Assembly: GCA_977017575.1 (NCBI GenBank)
Contig: CDRNVI010000020.1
Coordinates: 186,001-250,000, forward strand
DNA length: 64,000 nt
Source of the DNA: Paramoeba atlantica
Lineage: Eukaryota; Protista; Discosea
Reading direction: 5' to 3'
The notes beneath the pieces are model-generated. The model did not search any database. It saw only the letters and a list, made by a program, of their open reading frames with translations, and was not told the origin of the DNA. A program made the translations under genes and the position numbers. Below are positions 44,500-55,967 of this stretch, in pieces (position 1 is the stretch's first letter; every line of letters begins with the position of its first letter).

Positions 44500-44675
44500 G
44501 ACCCCCCATTTTTTTCAATATTTTTTTCAGTTTTGGACCACCGGAGCCCTCTTTTATATGAAACGTTTTTTTTTCTTCTATTATATTAGTGTGTTTCTCT
44601 TTATATTTCACTGTTTTTGTTCACTTTTTTTCAATAATTGAGGGTAGAGTGGTAGTTATACAACCACCGCAATAA
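44500..44675. repeat. Dispersed repeat, inverted copy of ~55205-55380
   Basis: TTTTGGACCACCGGAGCCC...TTGTTCACTTTTTTTCAATAAT(T/C)GAGGGTAGAG matches the reverse complement of the other locus. Confidence 0.75.
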
Positions 44676-45194
44676 GATCGACTTAAAGTCAGTTGAAAAG
44701 CTTAACACTTTCACCTTGAAAGCTTTCATCTATGACTTCCAAGTTCAGAGTTTATATGTGTCTGATACGGTATAAACAAACAATAATTTTCCCATAACCT
44801 ACAAATAATCCCCAAGGTATTCCAAATTTGCAAAGCTACAATTCCATCAATTCTTTCCTTACTTAGGCGGTTTGCTATTACCGCCAGTTCTCGCAACCTT
44901 ACCTCGAAGCACACTTCGTACCTCAGCTTCTCGCTTGGATGCAGGAATGTCTTGCGTTGGCCCATTTCCAAACTTTGGTTTTGGGGAAATCGATTCCGGA
45001 GCATCATTTTACTTTGAAGTTAGTAAGAAGGCGCATTAACGCTTTAAACCGTGATCCAAAACGTTTGTACGAACTGAGCCCTCTGCCGTATGCCGCTCGG
45101 ATGGATCTTCAGGAGTGGACCCAAAGTATGATCCACAGCACGCCCATTTACACGGGTGGGGAGCGGTGTTGTATTTGGATCATGTACAGGTTGT

Positions 45195-45370
45195 GATCGC
45201 AGGTGAAAAAGTGACAAAATGTTAGTTCTTCTCTAAAATATACGTATTCGCTTCTTTTTGTTTCGTTTCTTCACGCTCAAAGCCTTTGTGTTGAGATCTG
45301 CAAAATGCTACAAAAATCAGCTCAAACGGACGCTTGTACGAAGAAAAAAAGTGGTGGGTCACTTTTAATT
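45195..45370 (+). mobile_element. Isolated 3' end of the DD35E element family
   Basis: Reads ...GEKVTKC* followed by ~130 bp near-identical to 54230-54360. Confidence 0.7.
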
Positions 45371-46220
45371 GGGTTTCACAAAAAGTGAAAGGGGACTTTT
45401 TTCCCCAAAGAAAAAGCTTGAATTTTTTTCCTCATCTTTGTTGTCGTCATTTCCACAAAACATTCTTTTTGCACTGTGAATACATTATATGCATTAAAAC
45501 CGTTCGTGTGCCGAATTGATTAAACGCCTAACACGTGTTCAGGCCAGCCTAACTGGGGGTTGGGGCCTCTTCGTGGTCTCCCTTGACGCTGGAATCATAT
45601 CGATGGCACAGACTCGCACCACCTATTCTGCCATGTACCTACATGTACGTGAGGATCTAGGTCGTGTAGTACCATCTGGGGCCATTTGAATGAAACAAAG
45701 CTTCAAAAAAAAATGTTTGTACGTCACGAAAAAAAATCGAAAAAGTGTTCTATTGGTTCATAAAAGTGTTCATTGAACCATAGAACCACTGAACACACAT
45801 AAGTGTTCACAGAGCACATAGGTATGAGTATAGGTCCCAAACTAACAAAGTACAATAGGGGAAAATATTTTTAAAAAATATTTGTTTTACCATTGTTTTC
45901 GCCAAGTTTCCACCCTTCTACATATTCACCACTTTTAGGGTTAGTCGGTCTTGTATTCATGTTGTTGAGGTTTGAAAAACTCTATTAAATAGCTATTGAT
46001 GTTTCTACAGAAACATTGCTTGAGCATAAAGAAATTAGAAGACTATTTAAGCTTACACAAATTCAAATAAACCACAAAAACATGAAATTATCGGGAAAAA
46101 ACGGGTGTGTACACAGAAAACGTCCAAAAAACAGTTTTTTGGACCCAGGGGGCACCAGGGGGTCTGTATGAAAAAAAGGCGGCAAAAACTCTTCCTTAGG
46201 GGAACGAACAACCGCCCCTG

Positions 46221-46296
<76 letters not shown>
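46221..46296. repeat. (TATC)19 microsatellite
   Basis: Perfect tetranucleotide array. Confidence 0.97.
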
Positions 46297-46298
<2 letters not shown>

Positions 46299-47762
46299 CA
46301 GTGGTGTTCAGCCTCTTTTACCCCCCCCCTACAGGTCTTGTATTTTGTCTGATTTTGGAAATATTTGGAAATAACTCGGTGTACTGTGCATAGTAGAACA
46401 AAGATCTACAATAGGAGAATAAAACCAAGTTGCTCTATTTACTACATTACTTATGCACAGTACACCGAGTTATTTACGAAAGATTGCTATTGAAAAACTT
46501 GAAAACGGATCTTCACTTCGTAGAGTGGCCGCCGATTTAAACTTAAGCGTAGGAAATGTCAGCCGCATTAAAAATAAATATCTTCCGTCGCTATCTAGAC
46601 AACCAACCGGTCGCCCACGTAAGCTGAGTGATACTTGCCGTAGGCGCGTCCGCCGTCTCATCACTAGCGGCGCCACAAAAGACGCAGTTGCCGCCAGCAA
46701 AAGGTTGAGAGTCAAAGGTATTGCGGATGTTTGCCCGGAAACCATTCGGGTTTCCCTTCGTAAGCGTGGTATGAAGGGAAAGAAGAGGGTCAAGAAGCCC
46801 TACCTTACGAAACGTCACAAGGCTCTACGTCTTGCTTTTACAAGAAAGTACGAGCATTGGACGCACGCCGACTGGGGCCGTGTAATTTTCACGGATGAAA
46901 CGAAGATCTGCCGTTTCGAGTCGGATGGTAGCCGGTGGGTTTGGGTAGACTTTGGGGAGGAGCTGTCTGAGCGAAACACACAAGGTACGCTCAATTATGG
47001 TGGCGGCTCCATCATGATATGGGGTTGCATGATGGAGCACGGTGTGGGAACCATTGAGCTGGTTCACGGGAATATGAACGCCGAGCAGTACGTTCAAATA
47101 CTGCAACAAAATTTGCCCCCTTCCCTACAAAAGCTGAGTCTCACGAAGGATCGGATCGTCTTCCAACAGGATAACGATCCGAAGCACACGAGTAAGAAGG
47201 CTCGCGATGTTTAAAATTCGCAGGAGCTGTGTGTGCTTGACTGGCCCCCTCAGTCTCCCGACTTAAACCCCATAGAAAATCTATGGGTTGAATTGAAAAA
47301 GGCAACGGCAGATTACCCCGACCCACCCTCAGGAATGATCGAGTTATGGGAACGGTCCCAAAAAGCATGGGCGAAAGTTCCTCCAAGTGCATGCCTCCCT
47401 CTTGTCCAAAGCATGCCCCGTCGTTTGAGGGAAGTCATCAGGGCGAAGGGGGGACTTACTAAGTATTAAGTCTAAATATTTTGGCCCATTAAGGGTGAAG
47501 CAATAGAACGTTTTCCTATAAAAAAACGTGTCCGAAAAAAAGGCAAAAAAGTGTTCATATGTTGGATTGACATTATATCTTTCATAGTTTTTCGTAGTTT
47601 TTCGTAGTAAGATCGTTGATGAACTCAAAGTACGTGGGGATATAAGCACTACCCCAGCCTACACTACTACCATATACTACAGCATTATCCTCTGATTCTC
47701 TTTGGTAAAAAATAAAAACATTAAAAAATGTCGAAACATTTGAACACTTTTTTGAGTTACTG
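46299..47762 (+). mobile_element. Tc1 element (DD34E) inserted between TATC arrays
   Basis: Ends TA|CAGT...ACTG|TA; contains the transposase at 46453-47469. Confidence 0.75.
46453..47469 (+). pseudogene. Tc1 DD34E transposase with one in-frame TAA (47212-47214)
   Basis: HTH plus GRPRK, IFTDETK, WGCM, FQQDNDPKHT, WPPQSPDLNPIENLW; 34 residues between the second D and the E. Confidence 0.92.

Positions 47763-47858
<96 letters not shown>
47763..47858. repeat. (TATC)24 microsatellite
   Basis: Perfect array in the same orientation as the left array. Confidence 0.97.
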
Positions 47859-47860
<2 letters not shown>

Positions 47861-48473
47861 CTACTACCCCCCCTATTTAATAGGACTCCGATTTTGGGCA
47901 AAAGGCCTTAATAAATGGGGGGACATGGAAAATAATATGAAAGAAACAAATCGGCGCCGCCTCACGGCTTTTTTATCGTTGAGAAACAAGGTCCTACTCC
48001 TTTTTGATACACTTTTGGTAGATACGGAAAAAGAATCCGCCGCTTCGCGGTGCATTCAACAATTTTTTGGCACTTTCCCTGAAATCTCTTTTTGGCCTTC
48101 CAGACAAAATGGCCCTGTTAAAGGGGGGTGACACATAGCCCTATTATATAGGGGGGATGGTATCTACTCTGTCTCTCATTGATTTTTATAAATGGCAAGA
48201 TAGAATTTTCGAAAAAAAAAATTATAAAAATTGTGAAATCAATAAATTTGATTATGTTAAATTTGATTATGATCAATAAATTTGATTATGTTCGCACAAA
48301 GCTTTCACGACATGCTAGAAAATATAGAGGGAGGCACTATTCCCTCGGCACCGTAGGTTAATTCGTCGTGCCCGATTTGTGGCCTCATTTTGTGTCAGGT
48401 GAGTTTTCGAAATGAAAACCTGAAAATTCGTGGGTGAAAATAAAAGAATCCCAAATTAACTCCTCGACCGTAT

Positions 48474-48671
48474 TTGGACAGTTTGGGCCCTGATGTACCT
48501 GTATGCGCTTTGGTTTCGTTAGATACATCTTCAACCTGTTCTAGTAATACACCTGCAAAGGCCAAATTTAACACACACTGGACGTGTGTGACGCTCAAGA
48601 CCTTAGAGGAAGGAGAGGGCGCAAGGACGAGTAACTCCGTCGTCCACTTTAGCCTGGGTTGTTTTGATTAA
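48474..48671 (+). pseudogene. Possible Ulp1/C48 protease relic
   Basis: KFNTHWTCVTL...VVHF-SLG resembles the NxHW...i.yfDSL pattern of C48 proteases. Confidence 0.35.
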
Positions 48672-49076
48672 ATGCTCCTTCCCCTTCTACAAGTAGTCGT
48701 TATATCACATTTATCGCACACACGTTGTGTTTCGCACACACGTCTTCGAAAGGAGTTGAACTCGGATTCCCACTCTGTTTAAGACCTCTTTTACTCATGT
48801 GTGCATTCATTTTCTGTCCAGACAACTTCGTACCACAGCCCTCCCAATAACCCTCACCCCGCTCACCCACCCTTACCCGTCCAACAACCCCCGCCCGTTC
48901 AGCCCCGCCAACCAGCCAGCCTCCCAAGCCAATCTCTCTTACCGGGGGTCGTTTACTGGCGGGTCTCCGGTATCTTTGGAAAGCATTCTCATTGATTTTA
49001 ATAGTTATAAATATAAATTTTCTTTTTTGTTATAATACATATTTATAAAAATCAATGCGAGGAGGAGTATATCTCA

Positions 49077-49769
49077 ATGTACACGATAGCTATGGTGTCC
49101 CTTTTCTACCCCACTGCTATGTCCCATGTGGGCTGCATGGACGATTGCACCCCCCCCTCTTTTCCGCAAAATGCCCCATCCATTTCGCACCCTTCCCGTG
49201 CAGCCAAACTCACTGGGATTGCGTTACCCCTGGAATTTGTTTTAGCCAAGCTTGTCCGAGAGATCACCAACCCCCGCCCCTCCTGGGACACCCACACCCC
49301 GGGGTGTGGCTGGGAGGGAGTTATGTGTGACCCCCGGGGAGAGGTGTTTTGTATGAATTGGGCGGACTACGGTCTCGAGGGGTCGCTAATTTGGAACCAC
49401 CTCCCCAGTACTCTTGTATTTTTATATTTGCCCAATAATAACCAATGTGGGGCATTGTGTGAGAATTTTGAACAAAACGTTTTGCCAGCCTCGTTGACGT
49501 TTGTGTCGATTGCGCGGAATCGGTTTACCGGGCCGCTGTTGTTCGCGTGCCTTCCACAGTTGTTGGAGGTGCTGAATATCAGCGAGAATCAGTTTTCCGG
49601 GAACGTTGATTTTACGTTGATGCCCACCTCCTTGATGAAGTTGTATGTTAATGGGAATGCAAGACTGGAGGGGACGTTACATGTGGAGGAACTGGAAAAA
49701 ATGTTGAGTTACGATGTGAGGGCGACGCGTATTGTTGTGAAAAATGGCCTTCGTTCTCGCATGAAGTAA
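49077..49769 (+). CDS. Small leucine-rich-repeat protein, paralog of 25270-25896
   Basis: LPLEFVLAKL...CGWEGVMC cap and LPxxLxxLxIxxNxFxG repeats. Confidence 0.8.
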   Translation: MYTIAMVSLFYPTAMSHVGCMDDCTPPSFPQNAPSISHPSRAAKLTGIALPLEFVLAKLVREITNPRPSWDTHTPGCGWEGVMCDPRGEVFCMNWADYGLEGSLIWNHLPSTLVFLYLPNNNQCGALCENFEQNVLPASLTFVSIARNRFTGPLLFACLPQLLEVLNISENQFSGNVDFTLMPTSLMKLYVNGNARLEGTLHVEELEKMLSYDVRATRIVVKNGLRSRMK

Positions 49770-50477
49770 CAATGAAGTGTAAGTATACCAGTGAGACTTT
49801 AAATAAGAAAAATATTAATTAACGTAATTTCTGACGAGAGAAAATTTTTTTCTTTTATTAATGCTACGTTAATTAAAGTTACCTTAATTTATATTCTTGT
49901 GGCGTAAAACATTTAGTTCCACAAAAATGAGGTTTACTATTTAAGCCCACAAGATTGAACGAAGTTTGCACATTTTTCAAAAATTTCCCGAAACGTAACT
50001 AAACATCAACGAATTCCAAAGAAAATCAAGAATGCGCACACTAGAAGATTTCTGCACAAAACAACACCCCATCCTTGCGTTATTATTCCCCATTCCTTGC
50101 CCCATCCCATGCGTTATTATCTGTAAATAGAGACTCGTAAATACATCTCTACCTGTAAATTGCAATTTAAACGGTAATCCACCTTTAAATGGTAACCTGA
50201 CCCCCGGGTTACTGAATTAAGCATTGTCTTGTTTACTGAATTACTGAATGACTTACTCATCCCCCCTTTTTGGATTCCCTCATCCCTCCAACTCTTACTT
50301 TCTTACAGACTTACTCAGCCTTCGGGCTCTTCTGAATCAAATGATTCAAGAGAGGAGCAAAATGACTCATCATAAAGTAGACGTTCGTAAAACCAAATTT
50401 TATTTTCGGCTTGACCTTATTCTGGGATTATGTGCTTATAATTGCGGGGGTTGTTTACAACCTCTGCCTATTCGTCT

Positions 50478-51212
50478 TTATGGTTGGCCGGGTGTGGGTG
50501 AAACGAGGCGGGTGATAAAATCACGAATTTCCCGATAACACTTTTGAGCTGAGCTCTTGAGGTTCACCTGTGACGTAGCTCTCTCATCAGTTGCAATAAC
50601 CGCCACGATACTATGACCAACTTTGATGTGTTCGTTGTTCAATAGTATTTCTTCTATCTTTTCTGCTGCGATGATCTTTCCGTGATGCGCCAGCCGGTGT
50701 GACATCATTACAGATCCAAGCTTGCATAATAGACTCCACATTACCAGGCGAACTCCCTTGTTACTCACATCTGGAAGTGGGTCTCCAGCTGGATGCTTCG
50801 TGAAGAGCTGCGCATAATATCGCATGTAGGGAGCCTTTCCTACTACGTTGCGCACATTTGCAACAATTTCTGGGGTCATCCAACTTTCACTGGCGAACCC
50901 CACGTTCAAAAGGCATTTGTGGATCAGTTCTCCACAACGAGGATCGTCCATGGTGCCGATATACGGCCGAACCTGATCCTGGATCTCCTTTAGGCGCTTC
51001 TGCGCAGAGGAAAGCTCATGCGCGGGTTTTTCCTCCGTTGGCTCCTTTGTTTCCATGTTTTTGGAGTCTACTTCAATTTCAAATACGGCATCTCGTAGAG
51101 CGACGAGTATCTCATCACTTACGTTTCGTGAACTAAAGTTTCCGGATAGCAAAGCTGCGCACGCAAGTTCCATTTTCTGTACGCCCTCGGTAGTTTTACC
51201 GTTTCCTGCCAT
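50478..51212 (-). CDS. Unidentified 244-aa ORF, probably mobile-element-derived
   Basis: Stop-free with globular composition. It is the only sizeable minus-strand ORF that is neither antisense to a gene nor a recognised transposase. Confidence 0.4.
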   Translation of the reverse strand: MAGNGKTTEGVQKMELACAALLSGNFSSRNVSDEILVALRDAVFEIEVDSKNMETKEPTEEKPAHELSSAQKRLKEIQDQVRPYIGTMDDPRCGELIHKCLLNVGFASESWMTPEIVANVRNVVGKAPYMRYYAQLFTKHPAGDPLPDVSNKGVRLVMWSLLCKLGSVMMSHRLAHHGKIIAAEKIEEILLNNEHIKVGHSIVAVIATDERATSQVNLKSSAQKCYREIRDFITRLVSPTPGQP

Positions 51213-51730
51213 AGAGGTAACTTTTTCAAAAATGTTTTCAACGTTGACTACTCGCTTAGCGTGTTGGATAGCACCTGGTAAGCAACGTACCAGTACACTT
51301 CGGACCTATATGCCCTTGCGCTTCAGTGAACAGAGCTTCTTAAAACAAGCATCCTGGTCCGTAGGAATTAAAACATCTGAGGTCACTTCGCAATAAATAT
51401 CAGTAGCAAAAGAGTAATATAGATACTACTCCTACAAAGACGTTGACCACCAACTATACAATATCTCATAGATGTGTTGATTTGCTTCACTTCGTATGTT
51501 CCTACTTGTGCTGAGCACCTCTACATGTGCTTGTATGTGCATACTCGTATAGTTGCTTGTGCATACTGGTATAAATTATAGACTCACTGTAAGCATAGTT
51601 GGTAGTCTACGTAGAATTCTACGCGTTCTACGTAGAAATTCTACGTAGAGACTTAGATTTTTAGTCTTACAGTAAGGCTCGAAATCACTACCAACGACAC
51701 AGAAAGGAATGTGATCTTCGGACTGTTCGA

Positions 51731-52500
51731 ATGGAAGAGGAGGAACGAAACAGCACGATAACAATGCGGCAAAATGCGGAGGTGTACGCAACGCGGGTAG
51801 TTCCATGTGTGCACGCTCTTATGAGCACACCATCACAGCAATTTATCACTTTTGTTCACTCTTTTTTGGAGCAGTGGCCTCCTAACGTGACTGCCGCACA
51901 ATTTCTTGCATTTTTTCCTAAGACAACTCGAAAACTTCATGAATGCGAGTCCGTTCTGGCAAATGAATTATGGGGGGTTCTTCGAGACCACATCGATAAT
52001 CACGTTTTTTTGGTGCAGCGGTAGATGCAGGTATTGATCGGGTAAAGAGTGAACATTTGCTCTTGTGCATCTTATATGTGGGGGCTGAAGAATATGTTCT
52101 TCCACCACTTTATTCACCTCAACACAAGGCGTTCGATGGAAAACTCATGGTCGAGACTTTCATTAGCAGCTTAATGATTAACATCGGAGCTGATCGACTA
52201 AAAAAACTAAAATTTCTCATGGTCGACGGCAGTGCAGGTAACCATGTTGCCCGGTTGCATTGCGAGGGTCATCTGCGCGAAATTTATGATCGGACTGATG
52301 GTGTTGGCCAAGATGATCTGTTGAACTTTGAGCAAGGCTTACGTTTTGCGTTTCCCACCATTACGTTTTTGTCATGTATAGGTCACATGATTTGTAAGGC
52401 AGCTCAGAGGTTCCCAAAATTGACAGACTACAGCTGTTTCAAAGTTTGGGGAATATTTTTGAGCTCCTTAACTAACTTCCAGAAATGTCTTTTTTTTTGA
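51731..52500 (+). pseudogene. Second hAT transposase relic, homologous to 5761-8188
   Basis: ILYVGAEEYVLPPLY..HKAFDG and FLMVDGSAGNHVAR align with VLYVGPHHWVLPPMY..HGAFNG and YLIVDGAAVNHVAR; CIGH gives the CxxH motif. A frameshift in the T7 run near 52005-52011 joins the two ORFs (HVFFGAAVDAGID). Confidence 0.75.
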
Positions 52501-53014
52501 AACGCATTTCACTCGCCGACGGCATAACAAATGAACGAAAAAAAGGTATGATTTTCTCGGCCTTGAAAAAGTGGCCAGCTGGCCACCCCCTGGAGCAATG
52601 GTGAGCTGGCCACCACCTGGAAAAATAGCCAGCTGACTACCAAAAAATGCATTTTGCATTTCGTATACGTAAGACGAATTATTAAGAATTTAATTTATTT
52701 AAGAATTATTAATAATTTTAGGATTTAATAATAATTATTATTAAAAAATTATTAACGATTATTAATAATTATTAATAATTATTAAGATGTTCAGAACGAT
52801 GCCCTGAGCGTGAAAAATTAAGGTTCAATCAGACAATATGGTACCAAGGAGCGCTAGATATGCACTTTCAGTGCAACCATCAACCATTTATACTGTTTAG
52901 AGTAGATTTTTAATGTTTACAGTACCATATTAGACATATTAGCTTACAGTACCATATTACAGTGGACTGTCCAGTCAGCTGCCAGTCAGCTGACTTGGCA
53001 GATAAGTTTACATA

Positions 53015-54380
53015 CAGTGTTATAAACCCCGCGTCACCAATAAGTGACCCCCCCTTATTTTTAGCACAGGGGGTCGTGGGGCGGTTATCATACCACGTTG
53101 TCGTTCAAAATTTTGAGATCTGTACGTTCCCGCTGTTTTTAGCTCATTTTAAAACTTTAAAATTCAGTAAAAAAAAATTAATTTTTTCAACATTTTTTTC
53201 AAAAATGCCAAAATCACCATATCGACTCCCAAGAGGGGGGCTGACTTCTACTGGAAAGGTTCTTTTAAAGATGAGGCACGGACAAGGAGTACCAATAAAA
53301 GAGCTAGCCCGTGATTTCAACGTTTCTAGAAGGATAGTTAAAAAATATTTGAACGAAAAAAAAAACTACCCCAGCATACACTTTGAGTCCTGAGCGAAAA
53401 AAAATAATGAAAACTCGTAAAACGAAAATTGAGAAGATAATAACCCCTCTTGACCCCGCTGGAGTACCGAGACTCAATTCATCGAGGCGCATAGCAGCCG
53501 AATTGAAGAAAAAGAATATACAAGTTTCAAAAAGAACTCTACAGAGAGACTTATCATCCCTGGATTACAGTTATGCCGCTCGACCGCTATGCCAAGGGCT
53601 TACCGAACGACAAAAAGTAAAAAGAGTTCAATTTGAGTTGAATTACAATATGGATACTTCCCGTGTCATCTTTACAGACGAAAAAACATTTGATACGAAT
53701 GATGGCGGAAGAAAAATGTGGGTAAGGCGCGGTCAAAAAGCAGCCCCGCGTCAAAAAGTACGTCGGGCACCAAGATGCCAAGTTTGGGGTGCTGTAGGGG
53801 TGGGGTGGAGGTACTCGGTAATTCTACAAAATGACACATCTATTACAAGTGAGACGTACATAGAAACATTAAAAGAGGTAGATTTCCCCCCTAAAAAAAA
53901 TTCCTCCCTATTTTTCAGCAAGATGGGGAAACGGCACACACTGCTCGTGCCTCAAAGGAGTACATTGAAAGCGCAATGAGTGAACTTCTGAAAAATTGGC
54001 CCCCCAACTCACCATATCTTTCCCCAATAGAAAACGTCTGGTCTATGGTCCAAGGGGCGGTGGACGAACAGACCCCATCGGATAAGCCTTCACTCATCCG
54101 ATGTGTACGCAAAGCGTGGTCTCGCTTGTCTCAAAATGTGATCGACAAAACGGTCTTAAGCTTTGACTCACGCCTTAAGGAGTGTATAAGATTGAAAGGC
54201 GAAAAGGTGAAAAAATGGTAATTCCTCAATAAAATATACGTATTCGCTTCTTTTTGTTTCATTTCTTCACGCGCAAAGTCCTTGTGTTGAGATCTGCAAA
54301 ATGCAACAAAAATCAGCTCAAACGGACACTTGTACGAAAAAAAAGTGGGGGCTCACTTTTCATGACGCGGGGTTTATTTA
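53015..54380 (+). mobile_element. Tc1/IS630-like DD35E element; transposase at 53205-54221 split by two frameshifts
   Basis: TIR core ATAAACCCCGCGTCA..AAGTGA.CCCCC at 53022-53055, inverted at ~54345-54376. Motifs IFTDEKTF, VWG, FQQDGETAHT, WPPNSPYLSPIENVW; 35 residues from D to E. Confidence 0.85.
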
Positions 54381-54676
54381 ATTACAGTATTATTTAATTA
54401 CGCTTTTAAGGTTATTTTTGGCTAAAATTGATCTTAATTAAATTAACCGTAATATAGTCCACTCGTAAATTAATAGTTTTTGAACATACTTTTTGAGTAG
54501 CTTTTAAGCGACCAAGCCGTTGGATTCGTCTGTGATCATTTTATAAAGGTTTACGTTTCGTATGAAAGTGAGGTCGATGGTGATAGACATGAAAAAAAAG
54601 TTATTTTTTTCGGGGCTAAAAATAATCTTAATTAAAAATAACCGTAATTAAAAATAACTGTAATATAAATTATATT

Positions 54677-55212
54677 ACATGCATAAATCCGGCACATTCA
54701 CATGCATATAGCACATTCACATGCATAACACCACATTCAAATGCATAAAATTTTAGGCACGGATTTCAACTTTTTCGAAAAGTTGGTGCGGGGTGCTATG
54801 GAAGCTCACCTTTGCTCCCGGTGAGGCCCCGGAGTTGCGAGAGGCCTCCATACCCCACAACTACCACCTTCCCCCCCTTCCACCCGAGCGACCCCCGCTA
54901 AATAGGGGGGGAAGGTGGTAGTTGTTTTGGGAGAAATGAGAGGCCGAACGCACGGAGGGGCCAGCCGGGCCAATGAGCCAACAATATCTACACGTTTTTT
55001 GAATTTTGTGATTAAAAGGGAAGGATCAACAAAATTGAGAAATATGCATGTGAATGTGCTATATGCATGCGAATGTGCTATATGCATTAGAATGTGCTGT
55101 TATGCATGTGAATGTGCTGTTATGCACCTGAATGTGCTATATGCATGTGAATGTGCTAATATGCATCTGAATGTGCTATATGCATTATAAATGTGCCGTT
55201 TAGTATGCATTG
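54677..55212. mobile_element. Fold-back-like element with inverted arrays of 19-20-bp tandem repeats and a central hairpin
   Basis: GCACATTCACATGCATATA x3 at ~54692-54748; its reverse complement x8 at ~55042-55198; a 22-bp perfect stem pairing 54857-54878 with 54904-54925. Confidence 0.7.
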
Positions 55213-55967
55213 CGGTGGTTGTAAAACTACCGCTCTACCCTCGATTATTGAAAAAAAAAGTGAACAAAAACAGTCAAAATACAAAGAGGAACACAGTAAT
55301 ATAATAGAAGAAAAAACTATAAAAGGGGGCTCCGGTGGTCCAAAACTGAAAAATTGAAAAAAATGGGGGTTCATGGGGTCTTCATCTTGCATCCAATCGG
55401 GTCCTGCTACGTGAGCGTAAGTCTTCCCCAAATGGCTTCCATGTTCTTGAGGTCTTTTAAAGTTTACCTGAGTTCTCTTCCTTGGTTGACTCAAAAATGA
55501 CGGTTGACGGAAGTGTAAGTTTATTGGAAGTATAAGGGGAGTGCAAGAACAAAGATTGCAGTAAGCAACGGTGTGATGGTCCGAAATCGACTGAGCCGGA
55601 GCGCTTGTGGAATACGCAGATGAAGGTAATTTAATACCAAAAAAATGAGCAAAAACATATATCAAACATTGGATTTGTCACGTGGTGGAATACTTGTCTT
55701 TGATTGCTTCTTTCTTGAAACGGTGAAAAATCAACTTTTCTAAGCTGCCGCCCTTACTTTTTGCTTGAAGGGGGCTAAGATATCACTTTCTCGTTCAAAG
55801 TATAAATCCAAAAGTTTTATATTTAATAATTATAATTATTTATGAAAGAGACAGTATATGATTTTTATAAATGTTTAGTCTCCATGTACGAGTGCCATCC
55901 CTTGTACGTAGCACAATGATATGGAGTATTAGAGATTTTCCACATATTCAATGGCTCGGTAAGCGGT

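Noticed and set aside
44930-45195. Zinc-binding HPCKWACCG motif on the minus strand
   Set aside because: A short frame bounded by stops with no further domain support.
52670-52790. AT-rich origin or centromere-like element
   Set aside because: A simple ATTATTAATA low-complexity patch between TE relics with no independent evidence of function.
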